Made by a program: the position numbers and the translations under genes. A DNA stretch of 64,000 nt from Balanoglossus misakiensis (lineage: Eukaryota > Animalia > Hemichordata), in the NCBI GenBank assembly GCA_040954595.2, contig CM082590.2:6014001-6078000 (forward strand), written 5' to 3'. Below, piece by piece: positions 1 to 14,100 of this stretch. The notes beneath the pieces are model-generated. The model saw only the letters and a program-made list of their open reading frames with translations, had not been told where the DNA came from and did not search any database. The stretch's first letter is position 1, and each line of letters starts with the position of its first letter.

Positions 1-1319
1 CCTCAACAGTCAAAGGGAAAAATCTGTACCATAATGTTGGTTGATGTACCTTGCGACAAACTAATCTACCGTTGAGGGCGCACCACCATTGGTACGTCAC
101 TTAGGCGTACAATGGACACAAACTAAACTTGTTTCAACCATGGTCACTCCATTTCCCCAAACGTTTGCATAAATGTTTGAAGTTGTTGTGCCATATCACA
201 AATTGATCGTTCACTGTATCTCAGTGTCTACTATCACGTTCATCCGTAGTATTTCGACCAACTGTCTCTTCTCGGCTTTATTTCTATCTTTGTTTATGAA
301 GTTCTCCATTGTTCGGTTACTTTATTTGATTATAATTAGCCAAAATGAAGTTGTTTAAGCTTATACATGCACTACGTATGTTTCATGTGTGTTCATCGTT
401 TAAAGGTTTAAATTTTACATATATGTAAATTGTCAATTGTATGGCCATGCAGACACACGATCATGTAGTCAGTGCAATGTGTCCCAGATGTAATCTTGTG
501 TAGTACTTTTGTTTACTCATAGAGCTACTTAACGTGTCGTAGTTACTATGTACTGCTTCGAGCGGTGTATTTTTGACAGTCAGACCTGAGCGACTCCACT
601 GAAGTCTTCGGATAATAAGCGGACACGAGTAAAAGGATTTACACACGGTCAATCCTCGACTGTGATTTACACCAAGGCCGAAACAGAGCAGCGAATCTCC
701 ATCAATCACCCAACACTCACACAGACAGCGATCTGAAGTATAAATCAAAATACTCGGCTGTCGGCAAAGTTTAATTTACATGTGGATATATTAATGTGAC
801 GCAGTTTCGCCAGTGCTGGAACTGACCGATTAATAATTACAAAACTGCGAATTAAACCATGGCCTATTCTGGCTTCGCAGAAAATGTTGCCGTAAAGGGG
901 CCGTGGTTTACGACGATGTTATGGTGTAATAATTTTGTGTAATTTACAACTCTGTTCCATATTCTGAATGCTGGTATATATCGCAACATCATCAGCTTGG
1001 TCTAGTGCCCTCTATCACATCTCAGTAAGATAAGCATCACGTTGGCTTCCCGCCATCTTGGGAGCTGTTTCATTTTGTCACCTACCCACCTCATCCCCAT
1101 CTTGTTTGTTCCACTTTCTCATGCTCATTTCCATGTCGTTTTTGTTTTTATCTCTGTCTGTTTCCTTCAGCTTGCTAATCCTTTTCTGGTTCCTTGTCTA
1201 TGATATTTGGTGTACTGCTTTACTGTTGACAGTTTATTGTTCAATAAATCACTGCTTTAACTGCCAAACCCATCTTTGTGTTTGTTGTTGTAAATCCATG
1301 GCAAATAGCCGTTTGAATT

Positions 1320-2170
1320 CTAGCTCATGATAATCCTGACTTTATCATGATCTGGTTGAGAAGTGTTTCTTTATGCTGCTTGATTGTGTGTTTGAATGGT
1401 GGAGTATTTCTCTACCAACTAAACAAACATTCAGAGCTACATATTAAATGTGTTGCGTGGTTTCAAATGCCATAAATCTAATAGGACAAACAGCATTTAA
1501 TCTTTACGACCTAGAGTAAGATGCTTCTGATTACAAGCTGAATAGGCTGTATGACAATTAATTCAAAAACAAATCACCAGATTGGAATATCAACAAAAAC
1601 AATACTTGATGTATATAGTCCAAAACATCATAGCTGGAAGGTCAAATATATGAATTAATTTTGTAGTGGTAATGTGATGGAACGGATGTCCTCCATACTC
1701 ATTTACTTAGTACCAGTGGGAGAGCGCTGATAAGAATGAATAGTGGCTGGTCTATGTTTCAATCAATTTTAGTCAAAAGTACTAATGTGGATGAACGGTG
1801 GTGATAAATATGACACAATTAACATGGCACACATGGAGTCTCACTGACTCCAAATGTAATCAGATGAAGGTGTAGGCCATATTCTGCAAGCAGTTGTCTA
1901 ACAAAAACATTGACATTCGTTGCATATGTGAGGGCGTTGTATCCGGTTGACTTGGTGTGCGCCCAGAGAGGGGACAACATGGTACAGGGATGGAAATCAA
2001 AAATTGGCCTGACCTGTCTAAAACTATTTGTCAACGTGGGTCTGATACTGTTGTTCTTATCAGTGCGTGTGTTGTGGGTCATGTGTCAAGTGCCCTTCAA
2101 ACATGTCTCGCCTCATAAATTCTTGATTGATAAGCCTCTTCAGTTCCCTCTTTGTGCTGAATGTTATAGT
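1320..2170 (+). repeat. Older duplicate of 4630-4815, 5490-5990 and 6310-6385
   Basis: Shared blocks such as cacatggagtctcactg.ctccaa (1830/5810), cttatcagtgcgtgtgttgtgggtca (2056/5946) and ttgataagcctcttca (2126/6340). Confidence 0.85.
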
Positions 2171-3421
2171 TTATCACATGAACTGGCCCGTTTAGCTACC
2201 TGTGTGCCGTAAAAAGGTCGAATAAAAAATCCGATTTTACCCCCTGTTCTACGTCATCAACCGGAATTATTTTCGCTGATTCGGCCGTCGCTGTAACTTT
2301 CTTGTAAAACGGAATAACAAGTGCATGTACCCGTGGTTGTACATATTTGAAATGAAAATGACGGTCCCATGAGAATATCGCTGGGTAAAATCAATACGAG
2401 AAAGGTAGAATTTGAAAAGTCGACGCTACGATCGTGGATGTGTGCTTGCAGATAGCGAGCCTGGTCCCGAGCGAGCCAGCAGACTTGATATTAGGCTTAC
2501 GGAAGTTATGAAAATGGTTTCGAGTCAGCTGAACGGGACAACTAAAACTCTGTATTCTGTCCACCCGTCAACAAAATGTATAAGACGTGGAAAAACGCCG
2601 CAGTTCATTTGTTAAAGAGTCGAAAACATGTGTCTGGGGTCCGAGGCTGAGGTCTGTACGGGGCTTGTATTTCGGCGGAAACACAACGGCGCTGACTAGC
2701 CAGGCCGACGCAAACGCAACCTTGAACACCGTTCCTGGACTAAAATGTTTAATATCCTGTCACATTAACGGTTTGGGGATATATGGCAATAGACTTGTGT
2801 TTATTTTTTCATAAGGTTTTGCATGAAGCGCGTCATTTTTCCTGTCAAACAGCAACTTGCAGCATATCTTTGCGGGCGAACTCGACGCGATGACTCACTT
2901 GCTAGGACGTTGTGTTGACACGTACACAGCGCGAGTCGATGATGATGACAGGCAAAATGTATCAAAGTTGGCCCACGTGACTGACTCCGCGAATCTGATT
3001 GATAGTATTTTATACACCTCCGTCATGCTACGTTTAACTTAACTGTATAACAAAACTACCCGTCAAAATTTGACTTATTTCCGACCCATCGGTCATTGTG
3101 TTTCTGTCCAGTGTAAGCGCACTGGGCAAGAACAATGTATTAGTGCGACAAGTGTCGCGTTACAACTATAAAACAGTGTATTATTCCGCCTGACTACAGA
3201 CAAGACGCAAGGTGTATAAAACTTGAAAGTCGATTTCACTTTATGAATGAAAGTGATTCCATCATTAGCATATCTTGTGAGGGTCACAGATCGTTGCACA
3301 GGGGAAAGAACGTAATCCCGCTAAATAAACTACAAGGTCGCTCGAATATTTTAGCAAGATATTGGAATATTTTTATCCTACCTCTTCTTGCGAAACATAA
3401 GAAGACTGTTCATGTGATAAA

Positions 3422-3581
3422 TATATAATCCCGTGATGTTTTTCTTTGTTTGACGTCATCTTATACTCGTGGTTTTCGCGAAGTCGTACAACTTCTCATC
3501 TACGGCTGGAAGTTGCACGGATCAGCGAAAATCACTCTTATACGATGACTTCAAACAAATAAAAATATCATGGGATTATAT
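3422..3581. mobile_element. Palindromic MITE-like element
   Basis: tatataatcccgtgatgttttt..tttgtttgacgtcatc is mirrored by gatgacttcaaacaaa..atcatgggattatata. Confidence 0.65.
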
Positions 3582-3805
3582 ATAATAATCTCAGTTGTTT
3601 TCTTATATCTGAAATTCGACACATGCCCGCGCTACGCTAGTACATTGCAGCATATGTCTCTATACCCGAATCGACAATTAACATTACAAGACAGTTGACG
3701 GATATAAAAATTATACTTTATAGAGAGGAGCGAATTCAGACTTAAAAATTCTTTATATGTTTACATTTTACAGCTAGGATATTTTTCTGTGCGTAAAGAT
3801 AAGCA

Positions 3806-5290
3806 CTGGTTGCAATAAATGACGTCGAGTGGTTTCAGTTGAATTCCATTTGTGCGAGGCAGGTGTGGACAGCAATAAACCGTGCAAAGCGGCGTTGTTA
3901 ACAAAGTTGTTTGCTCTGTCATTCAGCGAGTTTTCTGACCGTGTATGCAGGTCGGTGTCCAGTGGCGTTGACGGCGTGTCATTCAGAAATCTATGTTGAA
4001 TGTATTCAGTTCAAGACTGAAGTCAGCTAATGTTACAATTATGAGTTTGTTTGTGGAAGTTGGAAATGGTGCAACAAGGATTCTTGAATTTATTCGAGAT
4101 TTTAAAAAGAAGATGTGCTCTAAAGGGGCCATTGTGGCGACAATATTTTGCCAAACAGCTGTATGACCTGTAGCTCACGATAATTCCTGACTGACTGTAA
4201 ATTTAGACAAACTTTATGCTAATAGTTTACAGCAGGGGTATGTTGTGTGTGTAAAGGTAAAGACTAGTTGCAATAAATGACGTGGAGTGGTTTCAGTTGA
4301 ATTCCATTTGTGCGAGGCAGGTGTGGAAAGCAATAAACCTTGCAAAGCGGCGTTGTTATCAAAGTTGTTTGCTCTGTCATTCAGCGAGTATTCTGACCGT
4401 GTATGCAGGTCGGTGTCCAGTGGCGTTGACGGCGTGTCATTAAGAAATCTATGTTGAGTGTATTCAGTTCACGACTGAAGTCAGCTAAGATTACAATTAT
4501 TTCTTTGTTTGTGGAAGTTGGAAATGATGCCACAAGGATTCTTGAATTTATTCGAGATTTTAAAAAGAAGATGTGCTCTAAAGGGTCCATTGTGGCGACA
4601 ATATTTTGCCAAACAGTTGTATGACCTGTAGCTCACGATAATTCCTGACTTTATCGCGATCTGGTTGAAAAATATTTGTATGTTTCTTGATTGTGGTGGA
4701 GTGTTTTTCTGCCGACTAAACAAACATTCTGTGCTATATATTAAGTGTGTTGAGTGGTTTGCGCCAAATCTATACGCATACAGCCAATAGATTGAACAGT
4801 ATTTAATCTTTAAGAGATGCCCCCCCCCCCCCGCTACGCTAATACATTCCAACACATATATGCATAAAAGAATGGACAATTTGCATTACAAAACAGCTGG
4901 TAAAATTCATACCTGCATTTTATAGAGAAGGAATTTTTTTAGACTTAAACTGTATATGCTGATAGTTTACAGCAGGGTTTTTTTGTGTGTAAAGGTAAAC
5001 ACTAGTTGCAATAAATGACGTCGAGTGGTTTCGGTTGAATTCCATTGGTGCAAGGCAGTGGAGGACAGCAATAAACCATGCAAAGTGACGCTGTTATCAA
5101 TGCGGTTCCTTTAAAGTTGTCTGCTCTGTCATTCAGCGACTATTCTGACCGTGTATGCAGGTCGACGTCCAGTGGCTTTGACGGCGTGTCATTCAGAACT
5201 CGGCGGTAAGTGTAATAAGACTAAAGTTTAACTAATTTGCCAATTATTAGTTTGTATGTAGGAATTTATATTTTGAATTTAATTGACATT
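3806..5290 (+). repeat. Three copies of a ~0.45-kb segment
   Basis: gttgcaataaatgacgt.gagtggtttc.gttgaattccatt at ~3809, ~4267 and ~5005. Confidence 0.9.
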
Positions 5291-7899
5291 ATAAAATTAT
5301 GATGTTGGCTGGCAAATGGAAATTCTCAGAAAATAGAAAATCTACCGAATTTCTGAGGACTTTTTCCATGGCCATGCAGACACTAGTCTAGTATCTAGCC
5401 GTATTTGTCCGCCTTGCTTCCAAAACAATGTAGGGGGTTTTATTTGGCCAGTGGCATGATTGAAGTTAGACGTACGTTAGTTACAAACAGTATTTAATCT
5501 TTAAGACACAAAGCTCAACAGACAGCATGTCAATAAACTTCAAACTAAACCATCGGAATATCAAGAACAATAGTTACTGAAACCTCATGAATGGAAGGAC
5601 AAACTTATGACTTTTATAGTGTTCTTGTGTGGACAGGGATGTCATTTACACTTCTTTACATAGTACATGAGTGAGTGTGAACGCGCTGATATGAACAACA
5701 ATTCAATCGATGTTGGCTAATAGGAACAATAGTCAAAGTTTTAGTTTTAATTTAAAAAGTATGAATGGAGTTGAGCGGTGCTGATATCAATTACACACTG
5801 CACACTGGTACACATGGAGTCTCACTGCCTCCAACATGTAATCAGATGCAGGTGAAGGCCATTCTCTGTTGATAAGAGCAATACAATTTACCGACAGTTT
5901 TATGAAAACTGGTCAATGTTTGCCAACGGGTTTCTTATACTGAGTCTTATCAGTGCGTGTGTTGTGGGTCACGTGTCAATTGCCCTTCTTTAAATCCTCA
6001 AGAGCTGCCACTTTTTGCATTATTTTCAGGTTTTTACTTTCCAACTTTAGATTGGTCCATCTAAATAGGATTAAACTTATAGGTATACATAAACATCTTA
6101 TCGATGCCATATTTCGGCTGGATGTTGCAATTTGAACAACTGATATATTAAATGGGTGCCATGCCTGTTTAATCTGCCTCCATGAAAATAGTACACAGCT
6201 ATTGTGGTATGCAAGTCATGTGCCTTGATTGTGCAAATTGTAATGGGGATATAGGGAGAAGATTTTATGTATTTTATTGTGAATGTGGAATTTGGCAGCT
6301 CATGGGGCTTCAAATATGTCTCATTTTACAAATTCTAGATTGATAAGCCTCTTCAATTCCCCCATTTGTCTTGAATTTTATAGTTAGGGGTGGCCCACTT
6401 AATTTCTTTTCACTCTGGCAGCAAACTTGTTTCCAGAAGTTTTTGTGCTGAAAGATTCTGACTGTTGATTAATAATTGATGTAACCTGGGTTACAGCAAA
6501 CCATCAAAATACATAATTTACAATGTTTCCCCCACTGACCACATCAACAAGTGTTGATAGGTATGAGTACCGGAATTTCTAATCTTGAAAATTGTTGATG
6601 TGTTTTAAAAGGCAAAAAGTAATAAACTGGCTAGTTTAGTCTTCTGATGGGTCAGTCCAGTGACTCATGAAACAACGTGGTAGAGATTATATCGCCTGGT
6701 TCTCTCATTTAAATTTGCACCATGACCCAAAATTTTTGGTCTAAATTTAAGATTTTATTTTTCAAGGTACAAGACTACCTTAATCCTTTCAACCCCATTT
6801 CCTGCTATAGAGGTCCAATTTTACTCTAGAAGACAATGAATTTAATATAAACCATGGTGATGAAATGATTAAAAATATCAGTTTGAGATAAATCATTAAT
6901 TGCCAGCACTTGCTTCAGCTTCATTCTACCAGAGATTTTTGAGTTTATAGATTATTTTGGATGGTCACTTGAATTATATTTGAGAAAAGCTTTACTAATT
7001 GCATATCTTATGAATTCTATCTTTTATTTTAATGCACAGTACATTAAAGGTCATTGACCACTTATAATTGATTGTATGAGAGTGGGTTCATTTTTATATA
7101 ATATACTCTGATTTTCAATCTCTCATGCAACAATTCCAAATTTAAAGACACAGTTGGCAAGAATGCGGTATTTGGCTATAATGCTTCATATTGGAAAAAT
7201 ATGCCAATTTGCAACGACGGGAAATACTAAATTTCTCAACACAAACAGAAAATTGCAATACAAAACACCAACAACTGACAAACGAAACAAAATCCTCGAT
7301 AGTCAATGTAGTCGTAGACGTGAAATGATATTCACTCACAATCACATGATTACAGACACTGCTGTATTTGACAGCACAGTACATGTATACGATATCTTAT
7401 ACTGCACTGGGCTGTCAACTACGACGGGCCCTGTCAGTCAGTCACATACTGTCTGGCACAACATGCATTGACTGAAAGCCAACTAGGTCAAGGGTCCTTT
7501 GTAATATTTGAATTCATTGCCTGTCTTGTGTGTACGTCATCACAATGGAATGCAGTGATCCCCCCCCACAGTCGCACAGGGGTTGAATTGTATAACACGG
7601 CGATCACCTATGACACAGAAAAGTGTCATAGGTGATCGTTGTGCAAACACAACACAATCCTCATGCGACTTTGTTCTCCCCAGACACTTTTGGCTTCGCT
7701 CCTCGCATTGTCACACTGACAGTGGCGAACTAGTGAAGCGAGAAGAGTCTGCAAAGCGAGACTATGTCCTGTACTGAAGCTTGTGAAGTGGGAATAGGCC
7801 ACTCCATTCCACTGCTCGTACTGTTATAAAACATAAATATTCAAATCGTTGTTTAATGTGCCAACTAGTTTAGTGATTTAAACAGAAATCTAGGAATTC

Positions 7900-8070
7900 T
7901 GCTGTGACGTAATGAAGTGTATATGCCACACTTTTATGGCGTCATTAACCTTGACCCAACTCTTGTCATTATTTTAACTTGTAGTGTACTTCCTTATTTA
8001 TCGGGGTTTTCCCCAACTGTTTGCCAACATCACCTGACCAGGCAGGCGACGACGCCATTATAGAACATTT
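7900..8070 (+). promoter_or_regulatory. Putative promoter of the Roco gene with kB, ETS and CRE-like motifs
   Basis: TGACGTAA 7905-7912, ACTTCCT ~7988, GGGGTTTTCC 8003-8012 (fits GGGRNNYYCC), TATAGAA ~8058. The region is homologous to 61870-62060 upstream of the paralogue. Confidence 0.4.
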
Positions 8071-8153
8071 GCGAAGCTGACTTGTTCAACTCTAAAGCGG
8101 TGCTACTGATCCAGATTCTTAAAGTATTCCAACACAATGTCAATAACGTAACC

Positions 8154-8183
8154 ATGGCTTCCGGAAAAGTCAAGGCCCCAGAG
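8154..8183 (+). CDS. Roco gene exon 1a (MASGKVKAPE)
   Basis: accATGG Kozak context; GAG|gtaagt donor; phase 0; the same exon is conserved in the paralogue at 62131-62160. Confidence 0.7.
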
Positions 8184-11100
8184 GTAAGTAAAGTGTTAAC
8201 AGTAATAACTGACATTTCACACCAAGGGCAACAATGTCTGGCGGTGACGCGTACGACGACTGTTTTTATAAGTGGTTTACATTGTGTTTGTTTTGTGGAC
8301 TGAGGACTGTTGTTCAAAATTTCTCCCTTCAACCCCATGCACGTAAATTTAGCCAGACATTTTGGTCACTAAACATATGACTGTTTCGTTAAGACTTGTG
8401 GCGCTAGTCGGTGCCTAATAGGTTTATCATTTTTCAACGGGTCAGCTTGCCCTACACACGGAATATATAGAAACTTCTAGTGTTTATGTGTATTGCTAGA
8501 TGGTGCATTCATAAATAAACAATTACCTACATGTAGTTGACAAAATAGTCACACTAATCACAATGTTTTCCATTCACAAGTCCAAGTCTCCATTGAACGA
8601 TATTTTTCAAAAATAATTTTACAGGTTGAGCAAGTCCTAAGTAAACACAATTTTATGAGCGAGTTCTAGCTTTAGATAAAACACCCATTGAAATCCATGT
8701 CTGTGTTAGGCCTACTTTGTAACCATGTCTAGCAATGTGTCTATATATGGGGCAGCCAGATTGACGCCATATCAAATGATGATAACCTTTGACCCGAAAT
8801 GAGTTCATTCAAGGTGACGCAGGTATGGTATTGGTCATAAGGGGTCGTGGATAATTATGAATTCCCCATGAGCTGACTCGATCTTCTCCGTATCCTTTGC
8901 TGACAGACGACACGACAGTTTGATTATACATGTGTGCATACCCACGAGTAAGCTTTTTAAATAACCCAATCGAACTGACCATTCTGAAGGAAGAATTGCA
9001 TCACATATATGTTAGCGTCATATACATGTTGGTCCAAACCCTGGGAAAATAATATGCCGTAGTGTTTGTACTTTTCCGGGTTTTTGCTAGTTTCTGTTGA
9101 CTTTTCATTGTGATGACGTCATGTTTACTTCGCTTTGGTTTTGATACATTCAGTTTGAAAAAGTGTTGACTGAGTAATTTATTCACGATATTTCGCGATA
9201 AAATCACTTACAAAATTGTATCTCCTTGTCTGTAATAACATGGACGTTTGTACGAACGCATCGCGTAAATGTCGATATTATAAAATGTATAATAATGACT
9301 AATAAACTTGGGACTACATTGTACACACCAACGACAACCAAGAAGGAAACATTTGAGTGATTTTTGCGGATTTGTTTCAATGGTTGACATACTTCCTTCA
9401 TGATTGTCTGGCATGCAGTGGCTACCGATGCTGACCGTTGATGACTCTGTATTCAGCTCAACAGGTCGAAAACCATTACTGTGTTACACACGTTGCAATT
9501 ATTGATAGTATTAAACTATAAATGTGCATAAGCACAATCTCTGAAATACAGGACTGGTTGTCTATTCATGTTACCTTGTGCTTGCTATTTGAATGTATGA
9601 AAATTACGCAAACCCTATCCAATAGACAAAAGTACTTTTTGGGAGGCATATCAACGACCAGAAACAAAGCCGTTGCATGACCCATGAGTTTCTGTCTCTA
9701 CCCAATAATTTGCCCACACAGGGGTTTCATGGATTTAATGGTGATACTTTCATTCCAATTGTTCAGTGTATTCTTGAGACTGTTGCTCATCCGGGCGCTG
9801 TCATTATCTAGTACATTCTGGAGTGAAGTAATATTTCAATGCGATGTCGCAGTTCTTTGTCAAAATATATTATTTTAGCTATCACTTTGTCAGTCTTTGC
9901 GAATTAGGTTTTTCAGAATCAAGGATCTGAAGAACTTTGATATATTTAATGGAATACACTGAAACATTAACAATTGCATATTTCATTGAATATTATAGGA
10001 TCTGATTGATGCTGCTGGGGATGGTGATGTTGCAAGGATTCGGTCGTTGATAGCTGATGGGTACAATGTCAATGCAAAGGGTGTATACCGTTCAAAGACG
10101 ACAGGCTGGACCTGGGTAAGAATTCACCCTCACACTTTTACAACGTCATGCCGCAGTAGTAACTAATATGATATAGAGCAAACGAATTGTCCTTGAGTTT
10201 CACTGATGGACTAAAAACCTTTCATATGCTAGTTAAATTCAATTCAGAAGATCTCCAGTCTTTTAAGTTTATATTTCATGTCTGTACTCACTAACACACA
10301 CAAAAAATATTTCCATGTTGTTTTTCTTAAAGTAATTAAAAATACACATTGTAATCAAGACATAACATAAGCTCTTTGATATTTTAAAGAGAGGGGTAAC
10401 CAAGGTGGGAAGTCGTTTTCCCAAAATCAATTATTTCTCCTCGCCTCGATTCGACGAATTTCAACGATCCCGTAGACCATTCATGCATAGCTCCATCAAA
10501 AGCATCCAATCTTCCGAATATCTTGGGATCAACTTGAGGAAAGGTCAAGCGAATGTCAACTCTGTTGCCGACCGAGCGATGTAACCTTGCCCCCAGGCGG
10601 TAATCTCTTGTCCCAATCCCTCATGTAAGCAACAAACCATAGTAATTATCTCGCTGTATTTTTCTGTACCAGTAAAGAAAAAATATTTTTCCAAAGCTAA
10701 ATTGTCATGTGACGTTTAGAAATTAATATCTCTTTTGAAAATAGGGCTAACATACTTAGGTTACTAACACTTGTTGTGCAAGGAAAACACAAAATATGTT
10801 GGAGAAAAAAAAGATTTAAACGAAGTGAAATTGATGATCACTTCTACTAAAGTACTTTAATTGGTTTTGAAATGTTAACAATTGAGAATATTTTGCCGAT
10901 TCAGTTGCATTTTGATATCTGTTTTTCGCAAAACATATTTTTTGATTGAGAGTTGATGTGAGGCAATCCACCTGATCAAAACCTTAAATTTAGAGAAAAG
11001 TCGTCACTTATGACAGATACGTCATAAAACGATTTACTTAGGATCCAATACATAAAATATATTACTTGCATAAGTGCAAAATGTGACCTTTTCCCATATT

Positions 11101-14100
11101 TAATGATTGTACTGTTTCTTAATTTAATTTTGTGTCCCATACCAATGTTGGGTTCATAGAGGGCTTGGCCTAAACTTACATCAACAGAGAAAAACGAGGA
11201 TTGTATGTGTCTGGTGTATCACGTCTGCCATGTTTATCTGTTAGAGTAGTTGGTGTGATTGAAAATTTGAACATATCAATGTAATTTATGAAACGATATT
11301 AAGACCTGTTGCACCTATGAGTCTGCATAAACATGTATAGTGCGCTACATTATATTAGAATTTTATAGTGTTACACTTGTTAGAAAAATCTATAGGACAT
11401 GTTATAAATGTTCTCTGAAACAATAGAGTGTTTTGGTCTGAAACAACTATAGATGCTACAAACATTTAACTCATAATATAAGTCAACACTTATGGTTACA
11501 AATCGATTCCATTGAAATCATAGCCATGTCACCTTACAAGTCCAACATTGGAACAAAGCTTGTGTTTATTTTAATTCAAATGAATTTGTCAATTTCAGTC
11601 TGAATGGACAGCATTGCATGTCGCAGCCTTCAATAATAAACTGGAAGCGGCACAAGTGTTGATCGACCATGAAGCTGACGTCAATGCTAAGAATGAGGTA
11701 AGTGGCTTTACATGCTCACTCACCAATAGCCCGAACAGCCAAAAAGGTGACACTGTACTTATATTTTGTAGTGTTGACGACCTTCGGGATGTCAATCCCG
11801 TAACTAATGTTCCTGCAACAAATTAACCGACACACATACATGTATATACTAATATTATGCAGAGTATGAAAGAGTTTGAGGTTAGTTTTTGGTCCGTGGC
11901 TATGTGGAATTCTTATATATGTAACCCGGAGTTTGATTTGGTTATTCACAACACAAGTCAACACTACCCGGACCGAGTTCATTCAATGTCACGAACAAGA
12001 ACAGATATCGCACAAATTGTTAGCAGTCAACAGTATTGCTATTTTATTGCTATGATAACTAGAGAACTATCTAACAGAAATATGGGTCGCTTTACAATGA
12101 TCGAAACACTGAATAAATGACTTGCATAGAATTCCACTAGTCCACTGTGTTATGACTGAAATAAGTCCAGTGTTCATCAAAACAGAAACCCTACAGTCTA
12201 TTCAACTTAGCTGTTCAGCTAAACCGCGAATAAGCGATGATACGAAGCTGGCTGTGTCAACGTCGTAAATCGGTCCCTGGCAACCGGCGAGTCCTGGCCT
12301 GTGTTGTCACGATCTACGTTGCAGACGAGTATCCCTCCACACACGGCAACGGGTATTTTCCTATACACACGCACGCATCTAGGGCTTCCCACTCGGGCTT
12401 GCAATAGTATACAATCCACAGTTCCGCATTCAACACTCAGCACAGTTCTGTAGGTTTCAAATAAAACTGTTCGAAAGACATCTCATTTTGTAAACAAAGA
12501 TGATGGGTCATTCACTTAGAAACGTGTACATGCGCATACTACATATGGAACAAGTACACGCAGTCACTGTGCCCAACCACCTTTTTTATACAGTGGTCAC
12601 GTAACATGCATTTCTAGTGACCTTAGAGAAATCTATTTTTAATACATTTTCCAAAACGCGCCTTGATTTCACAGGCGTTTTATAGTTTCTAAAATGACGT
12701 CATGGTTATGACAGAAGGTATGCGCCTGCGCAAGTTTCTAGGTGAATGACCTTTCAAAATGGAGGCGCAAGGGGAGTTCGTCTGGACAGGGAGATAGCGA
12801 TTTTTTCCGCATTTTTAGGGTTCGATTGGGTGAGTCAGGTAAAAGGAAGGCGTCGATCGATTTTGTGAGCACTGTGAATGCTTGGTGTGAAGTTTGAGAC
12901 TCTGGAATTGCCAGCAACCACTTTATTTCGTCGATTTCAGAAATGTGACCAGCGAGAGCTTTCCTACCTTTAATCTCTTTATGTGTCAGTGACAGTGGGG
13001 TATAGGCAGGCTAGGCCCGAACTTGGCGAGAGCGCTCGTTTGACGCAAATTCGGGAGATCGTCTAAGCTACTGATTTATCGTTTTTAGTCACTTTACAAT
13101 TAATAAAAAACTGAAATAGCATCTACACAAGCGCCTGTGGTTCAAAGGTCAAACTAAAATGGCGTTACATAAGCCACCGATCTTTTACTGAAGGTCAAAT
13201 ATAAACACTGTAAACAAACTACAACTTCAAACTTTCTTTCTAAAATTCTGGTAATAACCTAGTCCGGCCGCAATACTAACTACGGTACTGAAACCACGAG
13301 GTTGTTTTCTCAAATATGCTCCGAACACGGCAAAGGACAAAGGCACTTCACAGCAATAACAATGCTTTGACCTTACAAGTCATTTAACATTTAAAGGGAC
13401 AAAGTCTCTCTCGCTGCCCTTTTTCCAATAATTTTGTTTGATACAAGACACCGTTTATGTTATTCTACATGTGGATATATAGTGATTCAACATACGACCA
13501 CACACAACTTCCATCCCACTTGTAGACACGAAAGTGAAAAACTCGCCAAAATGAATAATCAGTGTTTACCATTTTTTCATTTGGGTTGGATTTTTAATCG
13601 CATATGCTACAAACCAGATGGAAGTTGTATGTGGTTGAACTTTGATTCACTGTATATCCACATGTACATTAACGTAAACTGTGTCTTGTATCAAACAAAA
13701 TTAATAAGAAAAGGACAGCGAGAGAGAGATGCTCGATTCTGCATCACAAAGAATGAGTTAACGTACCTGTAGGTTTCAAATAAAACTGTTCGAAAGACCA
13801 ACCACACCGTCTCTGGGCCATTCCCTAACAAGAAACGCTGCAAATTTCAAACACTTTGTCCACAGAAGTGTTAACCATCAGCGGGCTAAAACTTGACGGT
13901 CTCACATTGTTTTATATAGGAAAAGTCATTACGTGACTGAAACTTTTATCACGTGACCCTATTTGGAGGGAAATGATCCTCCCTTGGGACAGTATATCAC
14001 ATGACTATCACATGGTTTATTTTGTAAACCGGGTTACATATATTTTTAGACGAACGAATTCACTTTTGAGTATATCGAGTGAGCCATATATAGTGTGACC

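Noticed and set aside
917-1332. Possible solo LTR (TGTTATG start, AATAAA near the end)
   Set aside because: No TSD, and the presumed right end is homologous to 4600-4650, part of a local duplication
12448-13798. 32-bp direct repeat ctgtaggtttcaaataaaactgttcgaaagac (12448, 13767) and inverted pair 12507/12752 as a recombination-signal system for the ankyrin cassettes
   Set aside because: Not repeated around each cassette; better explained by nested transposon fragments
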